In this document: positions 51,427 through 64,000 of the stretch, piece after piece | Position numbering within the stretch: the stretch's first letter is position 1 | Layout of the letters: every line of letters starts with the position of its first letter | Assembly: GCA_951406725.2 (NCBI GenBank) | Contig: OX597817.1 | Location: forward strand, 57,908,001 to 57,972,000 | Length of the DNA stretch: 64,000 nt | Origin: Octopus vulgaris | Lineage: Eukaryota | Reading direction: 5' to 3' | The notes under the pieces: model-generated | The model's database searches: none | Told to the model about the DNA's origin: nothing | Seen by the model: only the letters and a program-made list of their open reading frames with translations | Made by a program: the position numbers and the translations under genes

Positions 51427-52404
51427 ATTTCTTCTATTAGCCACAGGGTCATAGATGAGGGGGACATCACAAAGAGAGATAATAATTTGTGTGGGGATTT
51501 ACATAAAGGACGGAGAGAAAGAAATGGAAAAGGAAGTGAAATGTGATAAAAGTATATATAATGTAGGATGTATGTAATAACAGGAATGATCCAGTTCTTC
51601 GGGTACAGGGGAAAATCCCAACTAGAGTCAATCAAGGAACCCCTCAGATCCAGGATTACCCTGACCCCTACAAAAGTACGAGCCCTCTATCGCGATAGTT
51701 AGATAGTTGAATGATCTCCCTTGCAAGAAAGATTATAGATTAAGCTCCCTTTACTAAGTTTCTCGAAGCATCTACGTCATGAGACGTGATTCTTAATTAC
51801 TCAAGAAGATTAGCGTTTCTCTTGGAAGTTTCTAGAAGGTCTAGTTTTCCATAATATAGCTTGCATACTATGTATGTATGCATGTATGTATGTATGTATG
51901 TATGTATGTATGTATGTATGTATGTATGTATGTATGTTTTTATGTATGTATGCATGCATGCATGTATGTATGTATGTATGTATGTATGTATGTATGTATG
52001 TATGTATGTATGTATGTATCAAAAGGATTGCTATAATACTATTTCACATATATAAAACAGCCATACCAACAATTCAACATACCTCCATCGTCAGCTGCCC
52101 CACGGATATCATTATGGTTTCGACACCTGGGCAGTACCATTAAATCCGGCGGTGTCAACAGAACTAAAATAAGTGTTGTTTGGGAACAAACAAACCAAAG
52201 AAACCACAACTTTCAGACACATTTACCCAATGTACAACCGTATCGGTAAATAAATTCAATAAGTAAATTACAACCAACTCCTAAATACATAACTAAACAG
52301 CGACCAAACCTTTAAGTCATACAAAAATTATAATCCCTACCGTCTTCCAGAGTATGATATAAAAGTAAAAGCTTAATAACCACATTCTTTTAATCTAAAT
52401 ACAG

Positions 52405-52703
52405 TGGAGGCGCATGGTTAGAGTGGTTAGAGTAGCGGACTCGCGGTCGAGGAATCGCAGTTTCGAATCTCAGACCGGGCGATGTGTGTGTTTATGAGCG
52501 AAACACCTAAGCTCCGCGCGGCTCCAGCAGAAGGTAATGGCGAACTTCTGCTGACTCTTTCGCCACAACTTTCTCTCATTCTTTTCTCCTGCATCTTGCA
52601 GCTTACCTGCGACGGACCGGCGTCCCGTCCAGGTGGGGAACCTATACGCCAAGGAAACCGGCCCTTATGAGCCAGGCGTGGCTCGAGAAGGAACAAACAA
52701 CAA
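52405..52703 (+). mobile_element. Family C tRNA-derived SINE with TSD
   Basis: CpG-intact copy of 3013-3287; aatctaaatac on both flanks. Confidence 0.88.
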
Positions 52704-54684
52704 ATCTAAATACGGGCAGGATTAAACACTAACTACAACAAAGAAACAAACCACTGTACATCGTATCGGTATTAATAGTAAACCAGCAATAACTAAATTA
52801 TATGCAAAATCATGACCAATCTTTAAGTCCCCTCAAATAATAATCCCACCAGTCTTCCATAGTTTCGAGTCCTAGGACTAATGGAGTCAATTACCCGGTT
52901 TCCTTGGCGTATAAGTGACCAAAATCACAGCATTCCCTTTGACCGTTGCAGGGTTACTCATTCATAGCTGAGTGGGCTTCAGCTACGTGAAAGGAAGTAT
53001 TTTGCTCAAGAACACAACGTACTGCCCGGCCCAGTAATCGAAACAACAACCTTGCGATCGGGAGAGCAACGCCCTGACCGCAAAGCCACACACTTTTGCA
53101 GCCATGTGTAGATATTATAAGGGCCCTAACTTACTTCATAAATGTCGGGTCTCGAAACATGGTAAGTAATCATTGTTTCGCATTTCGTCAGAATGATAAG
53201 TTCCTCATAATCAACCATGATCAAAGGCGTTCCCCCAATGACCATCATGTCTTTTGAAAGCTAAGGTGAACCCGAGACAACATTATCCAAGGAGTCCTTT
53301 ACTGAATACACATTTTTTTCAATATTTTATCGCAGTTTTAATCTCTATCTTTTAAACAAACACAGAGGTGACCTCTACGTGGCCGTCTGTTATACTAGAA
53401 AAAGCAATGATCATATGGGTCTCAAAAATATTATTTTCAACATAATTGTAATCAAATCATCAAAAGGTATGAAGAAACAAAGTCGAGATGAGTTAAATAT
53501 CCGCTTCCACTGTTTTTTATTCTGATATAATTGTAATCTATGTCATCTGAATGTTAACAACAAAAAAATTCATTAAAAAATACCTGTTTTCCTGGAAGTT
53601 ATAAGGAAATAGAATCGAGTGATGTGTGAATTATCCGAAACTCCTTTCCTTACCCCCGAAGAAGTTTTTTTTATAGCAAATTCTAATATAACCGTAATGT
53701 GCACCATCTGAAAGGTATTTGTAGAAAAATCTATTAACAAATAACTGTTTTTCAGAAAGTTATGAGAAAACAAAGTCGTGGTGGGAGCACATTTCTCTAG
53801 CTGTGCCCTAAATGTATATTTACTGAATGTGTAGCATTAGACAAATAAAGAATACAAAAGAAAATTAAACGTAATATATAAATTAGACTTCTCAAAACCA
53901 GAAAAGGGACAACTAATTCTAAGACTACAGATCCAGTCTATCAGGGAAACTGTAAATATCTGTAAAACTTTCCAGAAGTTTATTATTTAAATATATATGA
54001 GCATGTCTAGATATGTAACTATTTGCATGAGACGACACATATAAAGCAAAACATATAAATCTGTACATATACATACAATATACAAACAAAAATACCCTGT
54101 TGTTAAGGTTCAAATTCCAATGATGGAGCTTTGATTCTAGGTTAGAAACCGGCTCTTTCTCTATTGGTAAGGAATCTTGAAATAAAACTGAACAATGACA
54201 CCCCCACACACACACATGCACATACACACATACACCCCCCCCCACATTTCTTTTAATATGTAACCTGAAATCTTATTTTGATGCCTATTATCATCTCTTC
54301 ACTATATTTTCAATTCTTCTTTCAAAAACTTTTTTATCCCTATAATTCATTATATTATTGCTACGTTTAAACATTCATATTCATATATTTATATGTCCAT
54401 ATATATATATATATTTGTAATTTTCATATATTTCTATATTTTTAATATATTAATGCATGTTTTATTTTGGGCAATTTTTATCTTAATTTCATATGTATCT
54501 TGTAATATGTGTTCACTGTAGTTTGCCTAACTTGAACTTTTTCCATTTCATTTATTATACATGTTTAACGTCTCAGGTTCAACTTGAGCACTTCTATGCG
54601 GTCTATGTGTTTCGTAAGAAATATATACATATAAATATACTTACATACATACATACATACACACACACATACATACACACACAT

Positions 54685-54771
<87 letters not shown>

Positions 54772-55512
54772 CATTCAACTACAGTAGCAGTTGAATAATA
54801 TCTTATGGTCGTTATTTACTCACATGCAGCATCTTGCAGAGCCTGTCTCTGATTCAGTTCTTAACTAAATTGAAAACTGCTAACATTTTTGAAGAGGACT
54901 GGTCCCTAGCTACATTTTGGTATAAAAAATTGAGATTTGATCATGTAGAAAAAATTTGTAGCAACATTATAGGAGAGTGAGAAACGCCTCCAATCAAGTT
55001 TAGATCTAAATAACTTTTTATTTTAAAAGCAAAATATATTTATCTTAGCTTCAATGATAGAAGAAAGCATGAAGAATTTCATAATTTTAGCCCCATACAA
55101 CAAAAATTTGTATAAAAATATTGTGAGGTAAAATATCAAAAAAAAAATAAAGCAAAGAACTAGATCTAAGTATAATAAACTTTTTTATTTTAAATACAAA
55201 CTATATTTTAATTAAGCTTAAAAGATAGAACTTAATTCGAAGAATTCCATGGAGTCAAACTCATGGAACGAAGTTTTAAAAGAAAAAAGTTATGAATGTT
55301 TTTTTCTCAAATTTGAGGGTGATAATATAGTTCTATACTTTTTTATGAATATAGTTCTATAAGGGACTTTAATATATGTCACCGGCATCATTGAGGTAAG
55401 AAAAAATTATCAATGACACCGCTAATTGACACATTATTAATTAGCATAACAGCATAGCATCATTAGCATAATAGTATAGCCTCTCTACTTCCTATATATA
55501 TATATATGTATG

Positions 55513-56099
55513 TATAAACAATTCATAAATAAGGGCATACGAAAAAATTTCTAATACCAAATATGCCGAAAAATTGGACATATTGTCCCTTAACCATATA
55601 ATTTTTTCACAATACGCACGCTACTCGAAAAGGTCGACAGAAATTTCTAAAAAATTTCAGTATTACCATATCGGACCGATTTCAGGGTTAGCTGATAACA
55701 GCCCTCCCTTCGTCAGTGATACATGTGGCAAAAGAAATAAATGAGATACTTACTCACACCCATGGAAGAAGGGTATGAGTAAGTATCTCATTTATTTCGT
55801 TTGCCACATGTATCACTGACGAAGGGAGGGCTGTTATCAGCTAACCCTGAAATTGGTCCGATATGGTAATAATGGAATTTTTTAGAAATTTCTGTCGACC
55901 TTTTCGAGTAGCGTGCATATTGTGAAAAAAATTATATGGTTAATAGACAATATGTCCAATTTTTCGGCATATTTGGCATTAGAAATTTTTTCGTTTGCCC
56001 TTATTTATGAATTGTTTATAAATTTAACCTTTAAAGGTATATTTTAATATGCTGGCCATTGATAAAAATTTATTCGAAAAGAATTTTATCCTACATTAG
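55513..56099 (+). mobile_element. About 250-bp-arm hairpin element with paired hammerheads and 3' tail (Penelope-like)
   Basis: Arms 55513-55761 and 55771-56020 (about 11 differences), 9-nt loop, unpaired tail 56021-56099; CTGACGA 55816-55822 and GAAA 55849-55852; flanked by TA-rich microsatellite. Confidence 0.85.
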
Positions 56100-56170
56100 A
56101 TATATATGTATGTATGTATGTACGTATGTATGTATGTATGTATGTATGTATGTATATATATATATACAGT

Positions 56171-56240
<70 letters not shown>

Positions 56241-56297
56241 GTCTGTCTGTGGCTGTCTGTTTGTCTGTCTGTCTGTCTGTATGTATGTATGTATGAG

Positions 56298-56333
<36 letters not shown>

Positions 56334-57227
56334 TTTATGTATGTATGTTTGAGTGTATGTATGTATGTGTATATGTATATATGTATATATATGAATGTAT
56401 GCATGGATGTATGTATGTATGCATGCATGTATGCATGGATGTATGTATGTATGCATGTATGTGCATATGCGTGCATAAATCGTATTTCCTTAGGGAACTT
56501 TCCACTGAAAATCGCTTGTTGGTGTTGAGTCTATGATGAGGGAAATCCACCGATGATGGTTGGCTATATTGTTGTATTATCCAATCTTTTGAAAATGTTT
56601 TCTGCTTCCCGCTACACCTGACTCCACTGAGACGCAACAAATTCCCTCCTGTATACTCGAACCCGTAGCCATCCTTATCAGTTAGTAGCACAACGATTAG
56701 ATTATCCTCTCGAGCAATTTTACTTACAAACTATAGCATAGATTATAATATGAGTATATAAAAGTTAATTTGTTGAATCGAAGTTGTACTGCGAATGCAG
56801 TGGTTCCTTGCATATAATTACTATTCATTTAATTACCATTAATGCATATAATTACTATTCAGAAGTAGTTTTGAACATTCAATGGACAGAAGAATTATTA
56901 AATACTGAAATAGGTTTAGCCACGCAATCTAGCATTCTTCCTTCGTCGCTGTCACATTCATCAGACACGTACGCATAACTGCATATATGACGTGACGAGT
57001 TTCATGTCACTGTGAGATGAAGTTCACGTAGCCGTGTCTTCAGTCAGGTTTACTGTCGTCGCGTGAAGATCGTTGTGGCATGAAACTCGAATTACAAGAT
57101 ACATATTAAATTTAAATAGAATATAGTATATGATATACTTACATATTGAGTACTATCTTCTCTATTCTTTCGAATAAATAAACGTTTGTAATATATATAA
57201 ATATACACAAACATATAATGTGTACGC

Positions 57228-57258
<31 letters not shown>

Positions 57259-57284
57259 CACGTACATATATATATACACACATA

Positions 57285-57339
<55 letters not shown>

Positions 57340-57546
57340 CGGAAGAGAGTGAGGGAGAGACAGACAAACAGACAGACAGTAGATCAGCTGAGATAAGATA
57401 ATCCAAGTGATTACTTAGGGAAGAACTTCTATGGACAATATCACAAATTCCAGTCTTCAACTCTTCTTCTTCTTCTTCTTCTTCTTAATGATAATAATGA
57501 TGATAATGATGATGATGATGACGATGACGATAATAATAACAATAAC

Positions 57547-57595
<49 letters not shown>

Positions 57596-57719
57596 GCAAC
57601 AACAACAACAACAATAATAATAATAATCTTTTCTTTATTAATCACTGATGGTTCATGTTATACAATACAAACAATACCCACGCATATATACATATGTGTG
57701 TATGAATACATGTACAACT

Positions 57720-57755
<36 letters not shown>

Positions 57756-58299
57756 GTGTGTGTATGTGTTTCGTTTCTTGCTTGTAAGCCTTTCAAAAGG
57801 TAAAATTCCTGGCTTTACTTTGCTGTCTTGTCAAATTTTCAAAATGTCTACCACAATCTTTCTGCTACATGGCATTTCATTTGATTTTTTTCTCACAAAC
57901 CCTCACTTTCTCTCTCTCTCTCACTCTTTCTCTCTCCCCCACCCACTTTCGCCTCTTCCTCTTCTTCCTCCTCTACCTGTTGTTGCTCCTGCAACTGGAA
58001 CTCTTACCGTTCTTGTTGTTCTTGCCACAGTTTGTTGTTGTTGTCGATGCAATATAATGGCCACCGACTCCTTCGGTCATTCCCTCAGCCTCACTCATTT
58101 CTTGTTTCATTATTACCTGACTGCTGTCAACTTGGTAATTGGACCTCGTCCCCCTCCACCCCTCCACTCCCTTCAAACCCTCCTCCATCCCTCCCTTCCA
58201 CTCCACATACATATCCACTAACATGCCTCCCCTCCCCTACACCAGTTTTCAAGCCTCTCTCTTACTCACACTTTTTACTCTCTCTACTGCAGATTCCCC

Positions 58300-58450
58300 C
58301 CTCTCTCTCCATCCCATCTCTCTCCATCCCATCTCTCTCCATCCCATCTCTCTCCATCCCATCTCCCTCCATCCCATCTCTCTCCATCCCATCTCTCTCC
58401 ATCCCATCTCTCTCCATCTCTCTCTCTCCATCTCTCTCTCTCTCCATCCC
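58300..58450. repeat. 15-bp minisatellite ctctccatcccatct, about 7 copies
   Basis: Direct reading. Confidence 0.85.
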
Positions 58451-58589
58451 CCTCTCTCTCTTCCCCTTCTCTCTCTGCGTCTGGGTCTTGTTTGCTTATG
58501 TCACACCTGTACCCTGTATAACTCTGTAACACTTACTCCCCTACCACTGCCTTAGTTTCCCCCTAAATGAACACCCCCTAAATTGTACA

Positions 58590-58745
58590 TGCTTACATAC
58601 ACACTTACATAATACCTACATACATATATACATACATACATACATATGTATATGCATATATATGTGCATGTCTATCTATGCTTATATATCTGTAGGCATA
58701 TGCATGTATATGTGTATGTTTGCACGTATATATGCACACACATAA

Positions 58746-58827
<82 letters not shown>

Positions 58828-58891
58828 GTATATGTGCATATATATGCATACATATTCATACACATATACATACGCATATATATGCATGTAT

Positions 58892-58925
<34 letters not shown>

Positions 58926-58955
58926 CTATACATATGTATACGTATATCTATACAT

Positions 58956-59004
<49 letters not shown>

Positions 59005-59066
59005 TCTGCACACATATATATATATACATACATATATACATATATATATGTATATATGTATATAAG

Positions 59067-59140
<74 letters not shown>

Positions 59141-59159
59141 ATGTATATATATATATATA

Positions 59160-59218
<59 letters not shown>

Positions 59219-59420
59219 TATACACACACATATACACAATATATATACATCCATGTACACATGCTGAAATTTATAAATGCTTGTAATCACTGACACACAC
59301 GTATGTATGTATGTACATTTATATGTATGTATGTATGCAAGCATGTATGTTTGTATGTATGCCTATGTACATTTATATGTATGTATGTATGCAAGCATGT
59401 ATGTTTGTATGTATGCCTAG
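58590..59420. repeat. TA/TATG-rich compound microsatellite region
   Basis: Direct reading; includes an about 56-bp tandem duplication at 59308-59419. Confidence 0.85.
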
Positions 59421-59607
59421 GTGTTTGTCTGTCTGTATGTATTTGTAGTGGCAACCTTTCTAATTGATCATTTTCTAAGGTGAGTTTTACAGTGGAGAGT
59501 TAAGGGAAGAGAATAACAACGAGAAAGGAAGATGAAGAGATGAAGAGGAAGAGAGATAGAGAGAGAGGGGGAGAGAAGAAGAGAGATAAAGAAAAGGGCG
59601 TGAGAGC

Positions 59608-59668
<61 letters not shown>

Positions 59669-60927
59669 GAGAAGGAGTGAGAGTCTGTGAGAAAGAAAAG
59701 AGTGAAAGTCTGACGAAGAGTAGAAGGCATTGAAGAAGACAGATAAAGAGTAGGAGAGACTGACTGAATAAAAGAGAGAACGACACTAGGGAGAACAGAG
59801 AGAGAGAGAGAGAATGATAAAGAGAGAGAAAGGAAGAGAGTGATAGAGAGAAAGGGAGTGAGAGATTCTAAGGTGAATAAAACCTGGTATGACGTTTGAA
59901 CACACACACACACACATAGAGTGAAGTCTGGTAAAACTTGTCTCTTCTTACAAGACATTAGTCTGGGCCAACAGGCTGCAAATTGGATGCACCCTAATTG
60001 AACAGAAACATCTTGGTATTGAATACATTTATCATACCGACACTCACTCACACACGGAATATCATTTATTGGGCTGTTTTAAAAATACATATATATATAT
60101 ATATATACATATCCCCCTCTCTCTCTTTCTCTCTCTTATATATACATATATATACTCACCCGTTTATCTATTTCTCCCTCTCTATATATATTTGAATCTA
60201 TATATGTATAAACTGTGACATTCTTTGACGAAATGTGGTTTGATCTTCGAACAACACTATGTTTGATCGTTCTCAGCTGTTTGTTAACATTTTCCAGAGC
60301 TGTCAATCTTTTTGCGGGTCTTCAACTTGATTTTGTCGGTAAGTTCATCCAGAATATCTTCTCCATAGTTTTTATTACTATTATTAGGCATGTTTTTTAT
60401 TATTATGTATGTTTTTTTTTAAGTATGTGCAATAGAACCCAAAGTTTTCGCGAGAATTTCATGGACGGGTTTCCTGAGAAGCTGAGCAAAAAAGACGTCA
60501 TGAGTTACCAACCTGCAGGAACAATTTTATAATCTTTTACAGGGACACCATCAATTTTCCGGAATCAATTTTCCAGCATCAATTTTCCAGCATCAATTTT
60601 CCGGAACCTTTGGTTCCAAAGCATTTCCAAATTGCTGATTTTTTCGAACCAGGAATGATCACTTTGGTCAACACAAAGTAATACTTAATTAAATGAAACA
60701 CAGGTAGAAGTTCCTGCTGGTATTCGAGAGGATTATAAAAGGTTCCAGACCATCAGGGTCGCCAAAGTCGGTGTTGTACCTCTAATGCGTTATTGCATTG
60801 TTGTTGTTGCTTAGACCAGTCGATTCTGATTCAGTAGGCCTATGACCAAATTCGTTCCACCCGTGGCCATCCCATTTCTTTATATTTAAGACAATGTCTC
60901 TATTATATCTACATCGATTATCTAAAG

Positions 60928-61497
60928 CAGTGGTTCTCATCCATTTTTTTTTACCTATGGGCTCTTTTGAATATTGTTTTATTCTGTTTTCTTTATTGCC
61001 CACAAGGGGCTAAACATAGAGAGGACAAACAAGGATAGACAAAGGGATTAAGTCAATTACATCGACCCCAGTGCGTAACTGGCACTTAATTTATCGGCCC
61101 CGAAAGGATGAAAGGCAAAGTCAGCCTCGGCTAATTTGAACTCAGAACGTAACGGCAGACGAAATACCGCTAAGCATTTCGCTCGGCGTGCTAACGGTTC
61201 TACCAGCTCGCCGCCTTATTTTATTCTGGTGGACCCCTTGAGCCAGTCGATATTTAAAAACTAGTTTTATACATACTTCTTTCAAAATTCCTGTTTTGTT
61301 TATAACACACTTCCTTACGTAAACTGAACTGAGTAAAATGTCAGAGAAAGAAACCAACCGAGTCGTTTCTGGCAGTAAATACATCAAATGCAGCATAAAA
61401 TAATACCGTGGATCCCATTTGCTGTTTTGATTGTGTGAACCCCAAAATCTTTATATTGGACCCCAAATGTCATATGAACTCCAGTTGAGAGCCACTG
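60928..61497. mobile_element. hAT-type MITE interrupted by a family A SINE
   Basis: Ends cagtggttctca / tgagagccactg; 8-bp flanks atctaaag/atcgaagg. Confidence 0.7.
60987..61215 (-). mobile_element. Full-length family A SINE, 13-bp TSD
   Basis: tt(g/a)ttttattctg at 60974-60986 and 61216-61228. Confidence 0.9.
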
Positions 61498-61896
61498 ATC
61501 GAAGGTGTCATTATGTTTTTTTTTAAAACGGCAGGATGGGATATATCGGAGATTTCACTGCTATTTCTAACAGGCTGAGGATCCACGTAGAAGTTCGCTT
61601 AGTTGCTACTGTTGTTTAACACTTGATCAATCTTGATTGAACTAATTTTTTCTCAAAGGTGTTCCAGCCGCGACCATCTCGTCTCTTTTGTATATCATAG
61701 ACTACATTGTTCAATATATCCTCCTTTAATTAAGACGGTAGATTCTGATTTGAAGGAGAGTTACCTGTTATTTCTAGCATATCGAGCGACCATATTGAAG
61801 CTTCTTCCTCTGGACAATGTTCAGTTGTTGTGCTTTAACATATTTTCCCGATGTAGACATAGTACCACGTATTGTGGTAGAGAGAGAGAGATGAAC

Positions 61897-62210
61897 TGGC
61901 CTTCCGTCGGTTACGACGACGCGGGTTCCAGTTGATCCAATCAAGGGAACAGCTTGCTCGTGGAATTAATGTGCAAGTGGTTGAGTACTCCGCAGATACG
62001 TGTACCCTTAACGTAGTTCTTAGGGAGATTCAGCTTGACACAGAATGTGACAAGGTTGGCCCCTTTCAATTACAGGTACAACTCATTTTTGCCATGTGAA
62101 TGAACAGGAGAAACGTGAAATAAAATGCTTTGCTTAAGGACGCAACGACCCACCTGGTATCGAACCTATGACCTTACGGTTGTGAGCTGGATACGCTAAC
62201 CACTTAGCTA
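61897..62210 (-). mobile_element. Family E SINE
   Basis: Matches 31855-32065; minus head tagctaagtggttagcg with ggttcgatacc. Confidence 0.75.
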
Positions 62211-63409
62211 CAGGAGGTGATTTGTAATATCGATCCCGAAAGAATTAAAGATACAATCAATCGGCGGGATTTGGATTCAGGACACAGATACATCAGATAC
62301 CACAAGGTACTATGTCCGATGCTCCACCGATTCTGTAATTCCACCATCTTTAGATACATAAATATATTGATTTCTATCATATACAGAAAGTCACACACTT
62401 ATTGGGTGGTGGGGAGTGACAGTCGATTATAACAATCCCAATACATAACTGGTATTTACTCATATCGACCTTCCACCCCAAAAAGAATGGAAGATAAAAT
62501 TGATTTCAGTGGGATTTGAACCTGGAGTCTGACGCTCTGTCGATTCTGCCGATCCACACTCTGACTCATTTTACAGAAATATATTCACCATCATCGTCGT
62601 AGTCGTCTTCGTCGTCATCACCACCACCATTACTATCATCACCACCACCATTACTATCACCACCACCACCACTACTATCACCACCACCACCACCACCACC
62701 ATCATCATCAGCCGTTCAAGAATTTGGACCTGGAGATCTCCATTTCCAGCGACTTCGAGGGCCACCTCCCCATAGTGTCGGGCGTCAACGAAGAGCCCTC
62801 GACTACAAGACGACCAAAGTTTTTTTTCCAAGGTCTGTGGTCTCCCGCCCCTAAGCCCTAGACCATCACCTAATCACTCTTACCCGTCTTGTTGCTTAAC
62901 AACAACAACCATCATCATCATGCTCACCACCGCCGCCACCATGTGGGAAACGGTACAAACCCCGATGGAAAGAGCCATGAAAGAAATATGGGTGGATATA
63001 GATCATGTGACCAGAGCAAGGCACTTTGGGAAGCTTTTCTAATCGCATACTGCTTCCGTTGTATATAACGAATTTTTATTCAACCGGACGGCCACTTGCA
63101 TCAACAACAACAACAACAAAATAACGATAGTCTAATTATATTTGAGTCAATTATTTTTCTTTCATGCTTTCTCTAAACTATTCTTTCTTTCTTTTTCTTC
63201 TTCTTTGATTTTCTTTTTTGTCCAGTTTCGTGTGAACGATCAAAGTTTCCTCTCAAAATACCTGTCACTCTAATCAAACACTTACGTCTCCCAAACTTTT
63301 CCCAAACTTAGCGCAGACCCTAAAATACACATTCTGCTGGCCCCTTCTTATCACCACCACCACCTCCTCCTCCCAATACTACTACTAACACTACAACTAC
63401 CAACACCAT

Positions 63410-63485
<76 letters not shown>

Positions 63486-63561
63486 ACTGAGCCAGCTACA
63501 ATGAATCTTCGCGCTATCAGGAGCGAGGGAAGTTACAGAAGTTGCGATATTTCATTGTCGC

Positions 63562-63750
63562 AAGGCGGCGAGCTGGCAGAAAGGTTAGCACGCCGGGCGA
63601 AATGCTTAGCGGTAGTTTGTTTGTCTTTACGTTCTGAGTTTAAATTCCCCCGAGGTCGATAAATTAAGTACCAGTTGCGTACTGAGGTCGATCTAATCGA
63701 CTGACCTCCTCCCCATAAATTTCGGGCCTTGTGCCAAGTGTAGAAAAGGA
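63562..63750 (+). mobile_element. Family A SINE (short tail, internal deletion)
   Basis: Intact head; ata(t/a)ttcattgt duplicated on the flanks. Confidence 0.85.
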
Positions 63751-64000
63751 TAATTCATTGTGGTTGATGCTCATGATACGTTGCAACATCGAAAGGTACG
63801 TCGCCCAGACCGGCACCTCGAAGGTACATCGTTTGCGCTTCCAAGAACCCTGAGACTTCATTTGTGCTTCAGGGGGAAAAGAACACACGGTACTTATACA
63901 CGAAATTTGTTTCTATAGCTGCTGGTTTAAGGTGCTCAGTGTGTCCCTAGGTGTTAATAAACTCCGTTGTCGCACCTCCACGTCGCGTCGATGTGTGCGC

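Noticed and set aside
53400-55450. Spaced degenerate duplications (53461/53752; 55002/55161) as a DNA transposon
   Set aside because: I could not identify termini or a TSD, so it is left unclassified.
60549-60606. 14-bp x 4 tandem atcaattttcc(a/g)g as a regulatory array
   Set aside because: Short local slippage repeat with no supporting context.
62740-62853. RQRR-ALDY resembling a TGF-beta furin site and mature start
   Set aside because: The frame has an upstream stop, ends about 15 codons later and has no cysteine-knot residues.

Overview
Eukaryotic, AT-rich, extremely repeat-dense DNA. The SINE repertoire and microsatellite load look like a coleoid cephalopod (Octopus-like); this is an inference. 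I found no intact protein-coding gene, and almost every ORF in the track is translated microsatellite or repeat sequence. The window holds dozens of tRNA-derived SINEs (six families, labelled A-F here), many nested with clear target-site duplications. It also has decayed RTE-clade and CRE-like LINE fragments, four Tc1/mariner transposase remnants, piggyBac-, hAT- and Tc1/pogo-type MITEs, a non-autonomous Helitron and several mini/satellite arrays. The most interesting signal is a set of small elements carrying minimal type I hammerhead-ribozyme cores. Several form inverted 'arm-arm-tail' hairpins inside (TA)n tracts (Penelope-like architecture), and one is fused to a tRNA-type Pol III head (39412-39706). 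A drop in CpG content left of about 17 kb, together with candidate minus-strand first exons, suggests the left third is the methylated body of a minus-strand gene whose 5' end lies at about 16-22.5 kb.
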